Origin: Camelus dromedarius
Lineage: Eukaryota
Assembly (NCBI RefSeq): GCF_036321535.1
Contig: NC_087436.1
Location: 74,216,001-74,280,000 of the forward strand
Length of the DNA: 64,000 nucleotides
Direction: 5' to 3'
This document shows positions 1 to 12,594 of the stretch, piece after piece. The notes under the pieces are model-generated. The model was not told the origin of the DNA, did no database searches, and saw nothing but the letters and a program-made list of their open reading frames with translations. The translations under genes were made by a program, and so were the position numbers. The first letter of the stretch is position 1. Each line of letters begins with the position of its first letter.

Positions 1-29
1 TCATTATGTCTCAATGTCCTTATTGGTCA

Positions 30-150
30 AAGTTGAATAATAATAATAAACACATCATAGTGTGATGTGAAGATTAAATGACTTAATAGATATAAAGCAC
101 TTAATCCAGTGCCTAGCTCATGGAAAATCCTAAAAATATTGGCAATTATC
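30..150 (+). mobile_element. MIR SINE fragment
   Basis: Core-like gtgaagattaaatga...taaagcactta...gtgcctagc. Confidence 0.65.
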
Positions 151-577
151 ATGATTTTGTTGCTCGAACAGCAGGGAAAGTATAGGTGATCAGCTCCCAA
201 AACAGCCCCTGGCACACAGCAGCTGCTTAACAGATATGGACTGACTCACTGAATGAATCAGCTGAATAAAAAATAAACGGATGAGTTTACTAAGCAAACA
301 GTGAGAAGTGGGAAGAAGGGCATCCTGGGAACCGGGCAAAGGTGTGGTGGTTTGGAACACCACGAGTCTGATTGCTTTGGATATGCGTGACAGTCTTGTA
401 TGAGTTTGATTCCTGTGAGGTTTTCCCCCTTGAACTCACCTCTGGCTGCAACGACCAAATCAAGGTCCTGGCCTCCAAAGTTGAACTGTCACCTTCCCCT
501 TTCCGAAGGTTCTTCTTTTCAAAGTCAATAAAAAAAAACATTCAAGGAAGGCAGCCTAGAATGAGGTAGAGAGACTA

Positions 578-645
578 GGGGTGCCAGATTTAGCAAATAA
601 AAATACATTGAGTTAAATGTGAATTTCAGATGAACAACAAGTACT
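578..645 (+). mobile_element. MER53 (hAT-Blackjack MITE) left-end fragment
   Basis: ggggtgccagatttagcaaataaaaataca...gttaaatgtgaatttcagatgaacaac. Confidence 0.75.
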
Positions 646-1100
646 ATCTAGACACTAAGGCAGTTTTGTAGCTCGTGCAAAGCACACAGAGCCCATGACC
701 CATCAGCATGCTTCTGCAAGGAAAATCATGGCCCTCAACATGACGCATACTCCATTGTCCCTGTTTTAATATCCTCCTTAGGAACCATGGAGAAGATTTC
801 CTCTCTGGCCTAAGTTTTATATAATTTAAGACCCAACAGCAAATGGCCTAAGAGGTTTCCAGGTCCAGGTCAACACCCCTTCCCCACAAAGGACCATCCT
901 CATCCTGCCTGGCCTCAGTGGTTTCTCTCTGGTCTGAACACACACTGAATTTCCTGTTTCTAATTCATGTTTGCCACTTGGGTATGCCACCTTGCTATGC
1001 TAGTTGTCTTCCTTTTCTATAGGCTTTCATTTCAACTAGATTACAAGGGAGTGAAAATCAAATGTTTTTGTATCTTCTGAGCCCAGGACAGAGGAGGTTC

Positions 1101-1140
1101 TCTGTCTGTCTGTCTGTCTGTCTCTCTCTATATATACATA
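1101..1140. repeat. (TCTG)5 followed by (TC)n/(TA)n microsatellite
   Basis: Read directly. Confidence 0.9.
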
Positions 1141-2399
1141 TAAACCAGTACATATAGAAAGAAATTAATATTTCCATTGGGTGTTGCTAGCCATTGTAGG
1201 GGAGGGTTATTGCCTAGTGGACTTTGGAGTTAAACTGAGTCTGAATTCCCCACAGTGAATATTGGACTTCGGGCAAGTGAGTTCACACTCCTCCTTTGTA
1301 AAATGGGTACAATGCTAACTGATCTCTCAAGATTATTATTTGTATGAAGTTGATTAACTGAAAACTAATTAGCACTTGGGGAACATGTCCAACTGGAAGT
1401 TCTAGTTATACTGATGGCAATTAATAAGACTTAGGGGACTGCTCCACAGTATCCTGACCACCATGTAATTAATTCCTACACTTCAACTGTAGGAAGTAGA
1501 AACCAGAATGGAGTAGACACTTTAAGTCGGCTATTTTATTAAGCTGATTGAATGTTTGTAGAAAACCAACCTATAACAGAAACCAGCCTCTCCCTGCTGG
1601 CTCATGGTCATTTAATGAATAACCCACCACTATGAAATAAGGAGGGAGAGGCTGGCCGGGAGGCAGGGTGCAAACAGTTCCGTATACGTCGCTGGGTTGT
1701 CACTGTTCCCCTACATTCATCTCCCTCCTCACTGCACCATTTTTGAGTGATTGATGTTAGTTTGAGCAAGGATTCCAGACAGGGAAAAGCAAATATGTAA
1801 GTCAGAGGTCAGGGGAGAAGAACAGGCCAGCGGGGGAGGAAGACAGACCGAGCTGATAATTGAAAGATCATGAACGTGGGGGTGGGTTACAGCAGCATAG
1901 CAACAGGGGGAGCTGGACACCCCGGGCTCTCTCAGGCATCTGCCCAAAGCCCAGGGTTACAATTCATCTTAAAAGGTCTACAGAACATGGACTTCTAACT
2001 ATTTGGGCCACCCAGCGTGGACTTTTGGAAATGGCACTGTTGAGTAAAGCCATTAACAAATTACCTTTCTTGCATTTCCTTCACTGGCGGGAACTTCTGT
2101 TTATGCCTCCTTAGCAGCAGCTGGAAGGAGTGAATTTGCTGACAAGCGTCTGTGTGCAGTGGGCCACTTGATGGAATTTTTATCATGCAAAAGTGATCCC
2201 AGATGATTAATTGAGAGATTGCCAGGAATCCCTGGAATCTAATTAACAAGCAATTGAGCACACGGAAATTTCATCTTAAGGGAGAGTCAAGGTGAAGAAT
2301 TTATAAAAATAAGCCATATTGAGTTATCTACTATTGTAAATATTTAAATTTTGTAATGGCATCCATTCCCAACTTGCTGTCAACTAAATAGGGAGCTGG

Positions 2400-2600
2400 A
2401 ATCTGTGATGTAGTGGGCCAAGGATGGCTTTGGAGGCTAGATTTTTTATTAGACATCAAACTCCACTGTTTACTAGAGATTGGTTAGTCCCTCAGTGCCT
2501 CTGTTATCTCATCTGTAAAATGTATATGTAATCATTCTCATCCCATAGGTTATGAAGATTAAACCAAATAATGAGCAACTAGACCCCGGCCTTTAGGAGA
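2400..2600 (+). mobile_element. MIR SINE
   Basis: ctcatctgtaaaatg...ggttatgaagattaaa. Confidence 0.65.
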
Positions 2601-3154
2601 ACCTCAAAGTTTAAATATCCTTTTTCTTTTCTCAGTGTAGGTGGTGAGAAGTGGTCAGAGTGTGAACGCATTCTTGGGGTGGCAGTTTAGGCTTTGCTGA
2701 TAGATTCAGTGTGTAATGTATGAGAGACGTCTTAAGGTTTTTGGTCTGAGAAATTGGAAGATAGTGATGCTATTTGCCATAAAAAAGCAAGTTCGGGGGA
2801 ACACCAGGAGTTTAATTTTAGCCTTGTAAAGTTTAAGATGCTAGATAAACATCCAACAGCAGGCAATTAAATATATGAGTCTGGAACCTGAGATTCAGGG
2901 TATAGAGAGAAAGGAAAGGAAGGTGTAGGATTAGAAGGTTTGCTTTTTTTTTAAGATGGGAGTAATAATAGAATGGTTTTCAGTAATGAGAATAATCCAA
3001 AAGAGTGGGAAAATGTGATAAAGCCTGAGAGGGGAAAATCCCTGGAATAGAGGGAGCATAGGAGTAGTGTAGTGAAGGATGGGATCTTGTACATAAATGG
3101 GACCATCACTATAGCTTGTCTGTCCCTAATAACAGAAAAGATGATAAAGTGCAT

Positions 3155-3221
3155 GTATGTATGCATGTATTTAATTAATCTATTTTTAAAGGAAGTACTG
3201 GGCATTGAACCCAGGACCTCG
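3155..3221 (-). mobile_element. 5'-truncated Vic-1-type tRNA-derived SINE
   Basis: gtactgggcattgaacccaggacctc is the reverse complement of the B-box region. Flanked by a degenerate ataaagt.. duplication. Confidence 0.65.
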
Positions 3222-3786
3222 AATAAAGTATATATAAATAGAGAGGCCCATATGGTGGTTTGAGTTTAGGGAGTTGCCTTCTGATTGCATTTCTTTTCTT
3301 GGTGACACAAGAAGCAAAGTCAGCGTGAAGATAATGGTGAAGGATTGAAGTTGACAAAGCTATGAAATTGACCAGGGAAGTGGAAGAAAGAATGACTTTG
3401 GGATTGCCAAATGGATGGATTTAGAATTGCCAAGTAGCATTAAGGGCTGACTTAAGGTTAAATGTCATGGATTTAAACTGAGACCAGCTACTTTCATCTG
3501 TGCAGATAAGAGTGCAGAGTAGGTGGACGAGAGCTTGATTCATCCAAGCCTGGGGTTTTTGCCGACTGAGTATACAGAATAAAGTGAAGAGCAAAAGAGC
3601 TGAGGGTTTATGCAAATAACTGATTATGACGGTAGTCCCTGGACATGGAAGAAGGATAAAAAAGGAAGGTGAGCACGTCTTTGAAATGAGTAAGAAGCAC
3701 TGAAGGAGCCAGAGGACCAATAAATGGAATAAAAATTTGTTGGAGTCAGAGTATTAGAACAAATAAACTGAAAAGAGAGGAGGGGG

Positions 3787-4531
3787 AAATGCAAATTCAA
3801 ACCACAAGGAGATATCAGTTCATATCCACCAGGATGTCTGTAATAACAGAGACAGATAATAAGTGTTGAGGAGGATGTAGAGAAATTCGAACAGCTGCTG
3901 AGATTATAAAAGGGTACAGTGACTTTGGAAAACAGTCTGGCAATTTCTCAAAATTTTCAACACGGAGTTACCATATGACCCAGCAATTCCACTTCTAGGC
4001 ATAGATCCAAGAGAAGTGAAAGCATACATCACATAAAAAGTCTCACACAAATGTTTATTGCAGCATTATTCCTAATAGCACCAAAGTGGAAATAACCCAA
4101 ATGTCCATCAACTGATGAAGATAAATAAAATAGAGTAGTATTTGGCAATAAAAAGGAATGAAGTTCTGATACTTCATCTTGCTACAATTTGAATAAACCT
4201 TGAAAACATACTAAGGGAAAGACACTAGGCACAAAAGACCAGGTGTTGTGTGCTATAAAATATTCAAAATAGATGAATACATAGAGACATCAAGTAGATT
4301 GGTGGTTGCCTAGACTGGGAGCAATGGGTGAACTGGTAAGGGTGGTGAAGGCTAATAGGTACGGTGTTTTTTGAGGGGAGATGACTAAAATATTCTATAG
4401 TTGATTGTGGTAATGGTGGCACAATTCTGTGAATACACTACAACCATTGAATTGATCACTTTAAAAGGCTGAATTTTATGGTATATGAATTACATGTCAA
4501 TAAAGCTGTTACCAAAAAAAAAAAAAAAAAA
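3787..4531 (+). mobile_element. L1MB-type LINE-1 3' end with poly(A) tail
   Basis: ORF2 C-terminal motifs (gaaatgcaaattcaaaccaca, catatgacccagcaattccac, caaatgtccatca), AATAAA near 4499 and an A-tail at 4514-4531. Confidence 0.9.
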
Positions 4532-5289
4532 GATACGAGGTGGTGGTGAGAGAGTGGGATGCTTGAAATTGGGATTATGGAGGGTGTGCATGTAGGTAAT
4601 GACACAGCTAGGGTCTGACTTTGGAAATGAGGAGCCACAAGGGCATGGAGGAGGGAGTGAAGGAGGATGGAGGGTCATCTGAGGTTATCATTACTCCTGC
4701 CGGTACGAGTAATGCTGGTGCCGGCAGGAGTAATGTTGGTGAGAGGCTGGCAGTTAGCCAGTGGGTGAGACTCTTCAGGGAATGAGGAGGAGTGACCTGA
4801 GGGTTTGCAGATGACTGCAACAAGGAAGCATCAGAGCAGGTGGGAGTCTGGTAGCAGGCAGTTCAAAGCTGAGGTTGGCTAGGGGAGTCAGTTAGAAAGA
4901 CCGTATGGAATTTGAGTACTTGTGAAGGACAAAATATCCTTAATTATTAAGGGTCTGCTGTACTTTTCCTTCATTCATGCAACACATATTTATTCTTTTT
5001 CTGGCAACATTGTCTGTTCACTTGGCCATCTCTGCGGGTGCAGCCAGGCAGTGGAGAGCTGACTCGGGAGGAGTCCCTGGCACTGTATGAGGGTCTCCTC
5101 TCAGTGAGTTTCCCCAGAATCTGTTGCCCACTAGTGGAGGGGAGGGCCATAGCGACCAGTATGCTGTGTTCCTTGTTCACTGTCATCACATTGGCCTTTC
5201 TGTTGTTTAGTTACATGAGCACAGGAAATGGCTTTAGTTTTTTGATGAGGTAAGGTGCTACCTGTTTTATAGTTGGGTGGGAGAATGTT

Positions 5290-5480
5290 GATGGGTTTTG
5301 TCTTTGGACAGATCTGGGTTTGGACTTTGGCTCTGCTATTTATTACTTTGTGACCTTGGGCAGCTTATTTAATCTTCTGGGTCTTAGTTTTGTTGTCAAC
5401 AAAATACCTACCTCATTAGTGTTGGTGAGAATTAGACGATATTATACATGTCACGCCCCTAACAGAGAGTAGGCGGACCA
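5290..5480 (+). mobile_element. MIR SINE
   Basis: gatctgggtttgga...tgtgaccttgggcagcttatttaatctt. Confidence 0.7.
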
Positions 5481-5689
5481 GCGATGTTCTTTTCCCTCTT
5501 TCTGTTTTTCCTTCTTTTGCCTTTATGCTAATATTGCTTCTAATGTTTTATTTCCAGCTTCTAGCAGTTTTAATGTCTGACTTCTGATCAGAAGCTTCTG
5601 ACTAGGGATGGTTGAAATTATCAAGCTGTCTTCTGGATTGGTGTAGAATCATTCTAATAGTTTACTTTAATGTACCAGGTTATGTGTCT

Positions 5690-6020
5690 CAAAGTGCTTT
5701 ACAAAATTTTTCTAATCTTACCCTTTAAAAGAACCTGTGAGGTATAGAAAAGAGGTATTAGTATTCTTAATTTTTGTAAGAGAGTATAAGGTACTGAGAG
5801 AAACTAACAATTACTGGGTATTTACCAAATGGCATCTTTCTAAACACTTTACATGCATTAACTTAATCCTCAAAACCATCCTATGAAAGGTATTATTAAC
5901 CTTATCTCACAGAGTGGGAGACAAGCATAGAGAGGTCAAATAGCTGGTTGAAGGTCAGATAGCTTCTAAGCTTGGGGGCAGGATTTGAACCCGAGCAGTC
6001 TGCTTCCAGAGCTTAACCAT
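5690..6020 (-). mobile_element. Two adjacent antisense MIR copies
   Basis: ttaatcctcaaaaccatcctatgaaaggtattatt...ggatttgaacccgagcagtctg. Confidence 0.65.
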
Positions 6021-7966
6021 GATATGGCTGCGGTGGAAGGTAAGTCAATAAATCATTGTTCAGAACTCCTGAGTGAAGAAATCTTTTTACCGGTTCTTGC
6101 TCAGGTATCTTTCTGGCCTCGGAATGTTATGCAGCTTGAAAATGTTGGTAGTTCACAATGGTAGCCTAATTGAATGCTATTGTTATCTCCTACAGGAGGT
6201 CAGCCTGTGTGAGTTTTATTACCTAGTGTCCTTCTAGCTCAGCCACCCCTAAGGATTCCTTCACAGAGACAAATAGTCAGTCCCTCTAAGATCACAGCAA
6301 TGAGAATAGCCACCCTGTCACACTACGGTTCTGCTAGTTGCAAGTCAAAGCTTTCTTAATATCATAAATCAAAAAACCTAGGGGAAACTTTAGAAAACTT
6401 TGGAGAACAAATAGTTCATGAGGTTAAAATAAATTATTCCATAATGTTTCTCTGGCTCAAGTGGACTTTTCCTTGGGAAGCAAAAGAATATCTGGCCTAA
6501 GATTGAACCATTAGGCACCCATGAAACTCGTCCTAGAACAGCAGAACTAGGGCATATTTACTAAGTGCTAGAGATATGATAGCTAAGGCTTTTTTTTTTT
6601 TTTTTTTTGGAATGGATGATCAAACATTCAAAACATCTAGAGATTTGTCATTTTTCTTCTTGCTGCCACTGATTTTAGTTTGTTGTTTCTTTAATTGAAG
6701 TATAGTTGATTTACAATGTTTTTAATTTTTAATCACTGAAATTTCTCACAGATGAAGAGTAGGGAAAATAGGAGAAGATGAAACTAAAGCCTGATCATGT
6801 TAGTGTGTCAGAAACTGTGATACCCATTTGAAAAAGGAAGAGTCGGAAATTGCTAAAATGAGATAAAGCATGTACATGCCTATGTGTACAAATTTATTGT
6901 CCTATGACTCCTAGTCCTAGTTTATTGGTAACAGGAAGTGAACTTACTCCATATACTTATGAAATACATGAAATCTACATGTGATTTGTAGATTTTATTT
7001 ATTTTCCCAAGATCCAAGCTCTCCATTGATGTGGTTAATGAAAAGAAGTTCTCTTTCTCTCATTTGTAAAATGGTTTAGATACACATTCTGTACATGTAT
7101 ATTTTAATAGATGTTCTATACATATATATATGTTACACATAATATGTTATATTTCCATGAATAAATATAACAGAACCAGTCTAATGAATGAAAACACTAT
7201 GACTTGAATGTAAACAAATGGGGCCATTGAAAGAGTCTGTCTTAGGAACTTGGAATAACCATGCCAACTAAGATGACTAAAATTATTTAAGGAATGGAGT
7301 AAAATATAAATAAATGCCTTAAAGTCTAAATAAAGGGGTTGCCAAAGTCTTTGATTTGAATGGCGCAGAAACAGGGGATTGAAGCCTAGCTGGGGTCTAG
7401 TAGCCTCGACCTCTTGTTCCCTGAACGGGCCTGGCCCCTCCCCTCTTTGAAGTTCAGTGTAGTTCACTGGGGTGCAGCACATCATGACCGAAGGGGCTCT
7501 GGGGCTCCATGGAGAGGGAGAACAATCCCAGCGCACTGTCTGAGAAGGCAAGGAATCACACAGTGGGCACACACGAGCACACGGACACACACTCCAGGAA
7601 CTGGGGAGTTTTGCCCTTGTTACAGCCTAGGGGTCCCAGGGCTCCTCCATGCGTTCAGAGGACTCTGGAAACTGATCTGGGGCTAGAACTACCTCATAAA
7701 TCTCTTTCTAAGATGGAAGAGCTACCCTACGGAGTTCAAACACCAGAAGCTCAAAGGACTCAACTTGGAGTGCAGTGGTCCCTTGTCTGTCAGTCGTGTT
7801 TGCTGTGCTTGCTCCTGCTTCAGTGTCCTGAAATGGGGGGTGAGGGGGGCAAAGGAAGGATGGGGAAAAGCAGGAGGTTCTCTGTGATGAAACTCGTTCT
7901 ACTGCCTGCAGTAAGGAGTGGAGGACTGAGTGTGTATAACCTCTTTACCTGCTTCCCCCCGTAAAC

Positions 7967-8200
7967 GATGATGATGGTGGTGGTGGTGGTGATGATGACA
8001 AATGCTAACATTTATTGATCCCTTACTCTGTGTCAGGTACTGTGCTAAGCTTTTCATTCATTATCATAATTTACTTTCATTCTCTCAATAATCCCCAGGG
8101 GTAGGTGCTATTATCATCACCTTCCCTATTTTTCTGGAAAGTAAACTGTGGTTCAGAGGAAAGGAATAACTTTGCCTAACATCACACAGCTAGTTAGTGG
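7967..8200 (-). mobile_element. MIR SINE with (GAT/GGT)n tail-derived repeat
   Basis: gctaacatttattga...gtgctaagc...aaactgtggttcagagg...cacacagctagt. Confidence 0.75.
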
Positions 8201-8201
8201 T

Positions 8202-8640
8202 TATGGTAGGTAGGCTAACACCCTCTTCCTCAAAGTTGTCTACATCTTAATCCTTGAAACCAGGAAATATGTTACATGGCAAAGGGGAATTAAGATTGCA
8301 GATGGAATTAAGGTTACTAATCAGTTGACTTTGGGGAGATTCTCCTAGATTGTCTGGGTGGGCCCAGTGTAATCACAAGGGTCCTCATAAATGAAAGGAG
8401 TCAGGAGAATCAATGTCAGATTGGAGCAGCATGGGAAAGACTCAACTGGCCAATGCTGGATTTGAAGATGAAGGAAAGGGGCCATGAGCCATGGGCAGCC
8501 TCCAGAAGCTAGAAAAGGGAAGAAATGGATTCTTCCCTAGAGTCGCCTGAAAGAACACAGCTATGATAACACCTTGGTGTTAGCCCAGTGAGAGCATTTT
8601 AGACTTCTGACCTCTACAACTGCAAGATAATAATTTGTTG
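8202..8640 (+). mobile_element. MaLR LTR (MLT1D-like)
   Basis: catggcaaaggggaattaag, gggcccagtgtaatcacaagggtcct, gattcttccctagag, agacttctgacctc..aactgcaagataata. Confidence 0.85.
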
Positions 8641-9870
8641 AGTGGCTGAAGGTGGCTTCAGTGAAGCTTGACTTTTATCCTACCTTTGAGATCAGTTCCT
8701 TTTATCCATTGAGCAGTAAATCAAAAACTGTGATCACATCTAGGTTTGCTGGGGCTTGCAGCTCATTTGGATGGTCCATAAGGTGTCACTGTGTAACTTC
8801 CTGCCTGGAGACCACTCTCTGAAATAAAAACTTCCATCCAAAGGAGAGAATGTCTCCTATTTCACTTTAAATCAAGTTAACTCCTGTTCTTTGACTTTAA
8901 GTAAATAACCTCTCTCCTTCTAGCAAATTTCTTCCCCTTGGTCTCTGCAGTGGCTAACACATTTATTCTTGTGGTGGAAACAGTCAGAAACACATTAAAC
9001 TTATTCCATAAAACCACAGAGCCTCATAATTCAGGAAACACTTTTATGCTATGTGCAAGGAAACATCAGTGTGTCAGCTGCTATCATCCTCACACTAACT
9101 CTGTGTGGCTACTCTTCTTGTTCCTGTATTTAGGTGAAAGAGATGGATACTCAGAGATGACGTGTATTTTGCCTGAGATCACCCAGTATTGGAAGTGAGA
9201 CTCTACCTACATTGGGTTGACCCTAGAGCTCCCAGTTTTTATACACCACACTGCTTCCACCTCTGTTCTTGGGCTTTTCATCCAGGTTATGAACCTTGGA
9301 AAAGAAATAATATATCTTCTATTTAGAAAATAATAAAAGAAAGTGATTATATAATTTTAAATAGTAACTGTTGTGTATGTATTCCAATTTAGACTAAAAC
9401 TATGGAATTTTCCTTGTTGGTCATCTTAAGCGAGAAAAGATGACCCACAGGACATGTTATACTGGAGAGACTCATCCAGGCCCTACAGATAGAAAGGGCC
9501 AGAGTCCAGATTAGGGCACAGGATTCCTGACTCTTCATCCAGTGTTCTTTCTTCTACTACAATGCACACATCGTCTTATGACCTGAAAAAGGAGTTTTTC
9601 ACAGTATGAACCTAGCAATTTGGAGTTAGGTGAGAAGCAGTTGATGAGAAAGGGAGGTGTCATATCTGTACTCTCATGTCACTCAACACAAATCATGGGG
9701 GTATTTCTCTGTTTTGTTTCAATTCCAGTAGTTAGTTCTGGGGTCCAAGAAATGCTTATTCATTTCATAGAAACTGAGAGCCACATATAGTTCCTGGGAC
9801 GAACTTTTACTAATTTTACTTTATTTCATTGTCCCTACTTTATGTATAATTAAAAAATTTCTTTATTTGG

Positions 9871-10392
9871 TTTTTTAAATTGAAGTATAGTTTACAATGT
9901 TGTGTTAGTTTCTGGCGCATAGCATAGTGATTCATTTATACGTACACATATATATTCCTTTTCATATTCTTTTTCATTATAGGCTATTATAAGGTATTGA
10001 ATATCATCCCCTGTGCTATACAGTAGGTCCTGTTGTTTATCTATCTTATATACAGTAGTTAGTATCTACAAATCCCAAACTCCCAATTTATCACTCTCCA
10101 CCCCTTCTTCCCCTCTGGTAAACATAAGTTTGTTTTCTATGTCTGTGAGTCTATTTCTGTTTTGTAAATAAGTTCATTTGTGTTATTTATTTTTTTTAGA
10201 TTCCACATGTAAGTAATATCATATGATATTTCTCTTTCTCTGACTTACTGCTGTTAGTATGACAATCCCTGGGTCCATCCATGTAGCTGCAAATGGCATT
10301 ATTTTATTCTTTTTATGGCTCAGTAGTATTCCATTGTATATATATACCACATCTTCTTTACCCATTCAACTGTTGATGGACATTTAGGTTGC
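9871..10392 (-). mobile_element. Artiodactyl/camelid L1 3' UTR
   Basis: ttgaagtatagtttacaatgttgtg, ccctgtgctatacagtagg, ccatccatgtagctgcaaatggc. Confidence 0.9.
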
Positions 10393-11084
10393 TATACACA
10401 GTTTAAAACCAAGAATGCCCACTAGGCTGTAGTGACAATTCCAAGTGAATAAAAAGCAGCACTCCAACAGCTTTGGTCGAAAGATTCTTAATGTATTTCT
10501 TTATCTATTTATTTTTTAAATCTTTCTGTATTTTCTTATTCCTTCAATATAATTTTTACACTCATAAAGAGTATATTTCTCCTCAAATCACCAACTGCAC
10601 AAAACAGCAAATAAATTGTATGTGTTGTTGGATTGACTGTGAGCCCTTGAATTACCCTTTCCTCCCCATACTCCTCCCTTGGCATCAGCCAGGAATGAAC
10701 ATAGTCAGGAAATGAAAAGAGATCACTCAAGAATTCAGACATAGAATGTAGGTGAAATTCAATTGTGGTAGATGTCTATAGGATGAGTTTGTTTTTAATT
10801 AAAACTTCAGACAGAGTTGTGAATGGAAACCATTACATGTCCAGTTTTACTTGGCCAGGCCATCTCCCTGCCCCAGTGGCCCTGCAATGCCAAGTCTTTT
10901 TCATGTGTAAGCTGTGAATTCCATTGAACCTGTGAGCCCATAAAATAGCTCCAGAGTTCTTAGGGCCCCTGAAAGAGAAGGTTCAGAACACAGGAGTGTC
11001 AGATGTCAGGTTCTTGAGCACTTGAAGGATCAGGCAGACAAATGAAGAAGTGTTCGTTTGGGAGCAAAGGCCTGGGGAATTCTC

Positions 11085-11280
11085 AAGGCAGCAGACTGGA
11101 GAGCATGGACTTTGAATTCCAGCCCTAGCTGCATTGTTTTACTGACTCTGCAACCTTGAGCAGGTCATGTGACCTTTATGAACCATTATGGTTCACATTT
11201 ACAGAAAAAGGAGATTATAATATCTTACAGAGTCTGTGACTTCTCAGATGATGCAGTAGAGTTACTGAAACACACAGGGA
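11085..11280 (+). mobile_element. MIR SINE
   Basis: gagcatggactttga...accttgagcaggtca. Confidence 0.55.
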
Positions 11281-11309
11281 ACTCAGCAAGTGACAGCAAT
11301 GATGATAAG

Positions 11310-11910
11310 GATTCGTTCGCTCATACAATAAATATTGAGCAGCTCTGGGGGCCCCATGCTGTCCTGGGCACTGAGGACACAACAGTGAACAAAACAGATC
11401 CAAGTCCCTGCCCCCACGGGACTGACATTCTAGTAGGGACATAGGTAATAAACTATAAGACACGTAAGTAAAAATATAGTGAGTTAGATGACAACTGAAA
11501 TGCTAAAGAAAAAAATTAAAGATGAGAGCAAAGAGAAGAGGTTGAAATTCTAGACAGGTGGTCAGGAAAGGACTCCTGGAGAAGCCGGATTTGTGTAAAG
11601 ATCTGGAGGAGGTGAGGGAGAAGGGCAAATGATTACCTGAGGGAAAGGCATTCCAGACTCAGGGAACAGCAGGTAATGGGGCCTGCCTGAGGCGAGAGCG
11701 CACCTGGCATCCTCCACCTGCAGCCGGAGGCCAGGGGCCGGGGGCAGGGGTGGGTGCAGCGCTGGGGCTGAGTAAGCAAGGAGGAGAGTAGAAGCCAATG
11801 GAAAGGTGAGGAGGCCCAATCCAGCCGGGTCCTTGGTGCATAGAGAGGACTTTGGTTTCTGCTCTGAGTGTGGGGAGGAGGGACATGTGGAGGAGCGGAG
11901 TTGTAACAGG
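11310..11910 (-). mobile_element. L2 (L2a-like) 3' end
   Basis: aaatattgagca...ctgggcactgaggacacaacagtgaacaaaacaga...ggactttggtttctgctctgagtg. Confidence 0.8.
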
Positions 11911-12470
11911 ATCCCTAGGTTGCTGCCAATGACGTGCTTCTGATTGAGGTGATGCTGAGGGAAGGCTGTTATGATGAAGTAAGACAGAGAACAGGGCTGG
12001 AGAGGCAGAGTTGAGGCATTGGGGTTTGAAGGGTACAAAGCCTGGAGAAGCAGAACACAGGACTCATCGCAAAATGGCAGCTTCACACTCCCTCATGTTG
12101 ATTGGGCTGCAAGGGTTAAGCGAGAGGGCAGGAGACGGGCCTGACTTCTTGCCCCTCCACACACCACATCCAGCTTCTGACATGGGCATCCAACCCTCCC
12201 CTTTACCTATATTTTATCAATATTTTGAATATATTTCTATCAGAACATGTATCACCCAGTACTGTATTTCTTTAGAGTCAGCTTCCCTAGATTTGCTCAA
12301 TAAATGTTTTTTGATCATTTATTATGTGTAGGTACACCATTAGGTGTTAAATGAATTGCAATGTAAAAGACTATAAACGATGCAAAAACCAACCCTTCAC
12401 ATGGTCATCAGAGCAAAATCACTTTAATCCTGTAGATGTGGATGCATTTAAGATTTGAGAAGGGGAATCA

Positions 12471-12594
12471 GGGAAGGGTATAGCTCAAGCAGTAGAGCAC
12501 ATGCTTAGCATGCACGAGGTCCTGGGTTCAATCCCCAGCACCTCCTCTAAAAATAAATAAAACCTAATTACCTCCCTCCACCAAAAAAAAAAAA
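12471..12594 (+). mobile_element. Vic-1-type camelid tRNA-derived SINE, full length
   Basis: A-box tagctcaagcagtag, B-box ggttcaatcc, AT-rich middle and A12 tail. Confidence 0.85.

Larger units (their letters stand above)
2710..4900 (-). mobile_element. Long degraded L2 LINE, interrupted by a SINE fragment and an L1
   Basis: Purine-rich antisense L2 motifs (ggtttttggtctgag, ggagtttaattttagg, gagtgggatgcttgaaattg, gaatgaggaggagtgacc, gatgactgcaacaagg). Confidence 0.7.

Noticed and set aside
7147..7964. Overlapping 147-151 aa ORFs
   Set aside because: No recognisable homology and low-complexity composition. No convincing exon boundaries.
11562..12086. 174-aa proline-rich ORF
   Set aside because: Lies within a degraded L2 and has no splice or domain support.
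12471..12545. tRNA-like sequences (also at 24340, 32835, 33230, 60790)
   Set aside because: They have A-rich tails, TSDs and mutations, and lack an intact acceptor stem. They are SINEs, not tRNA genes.
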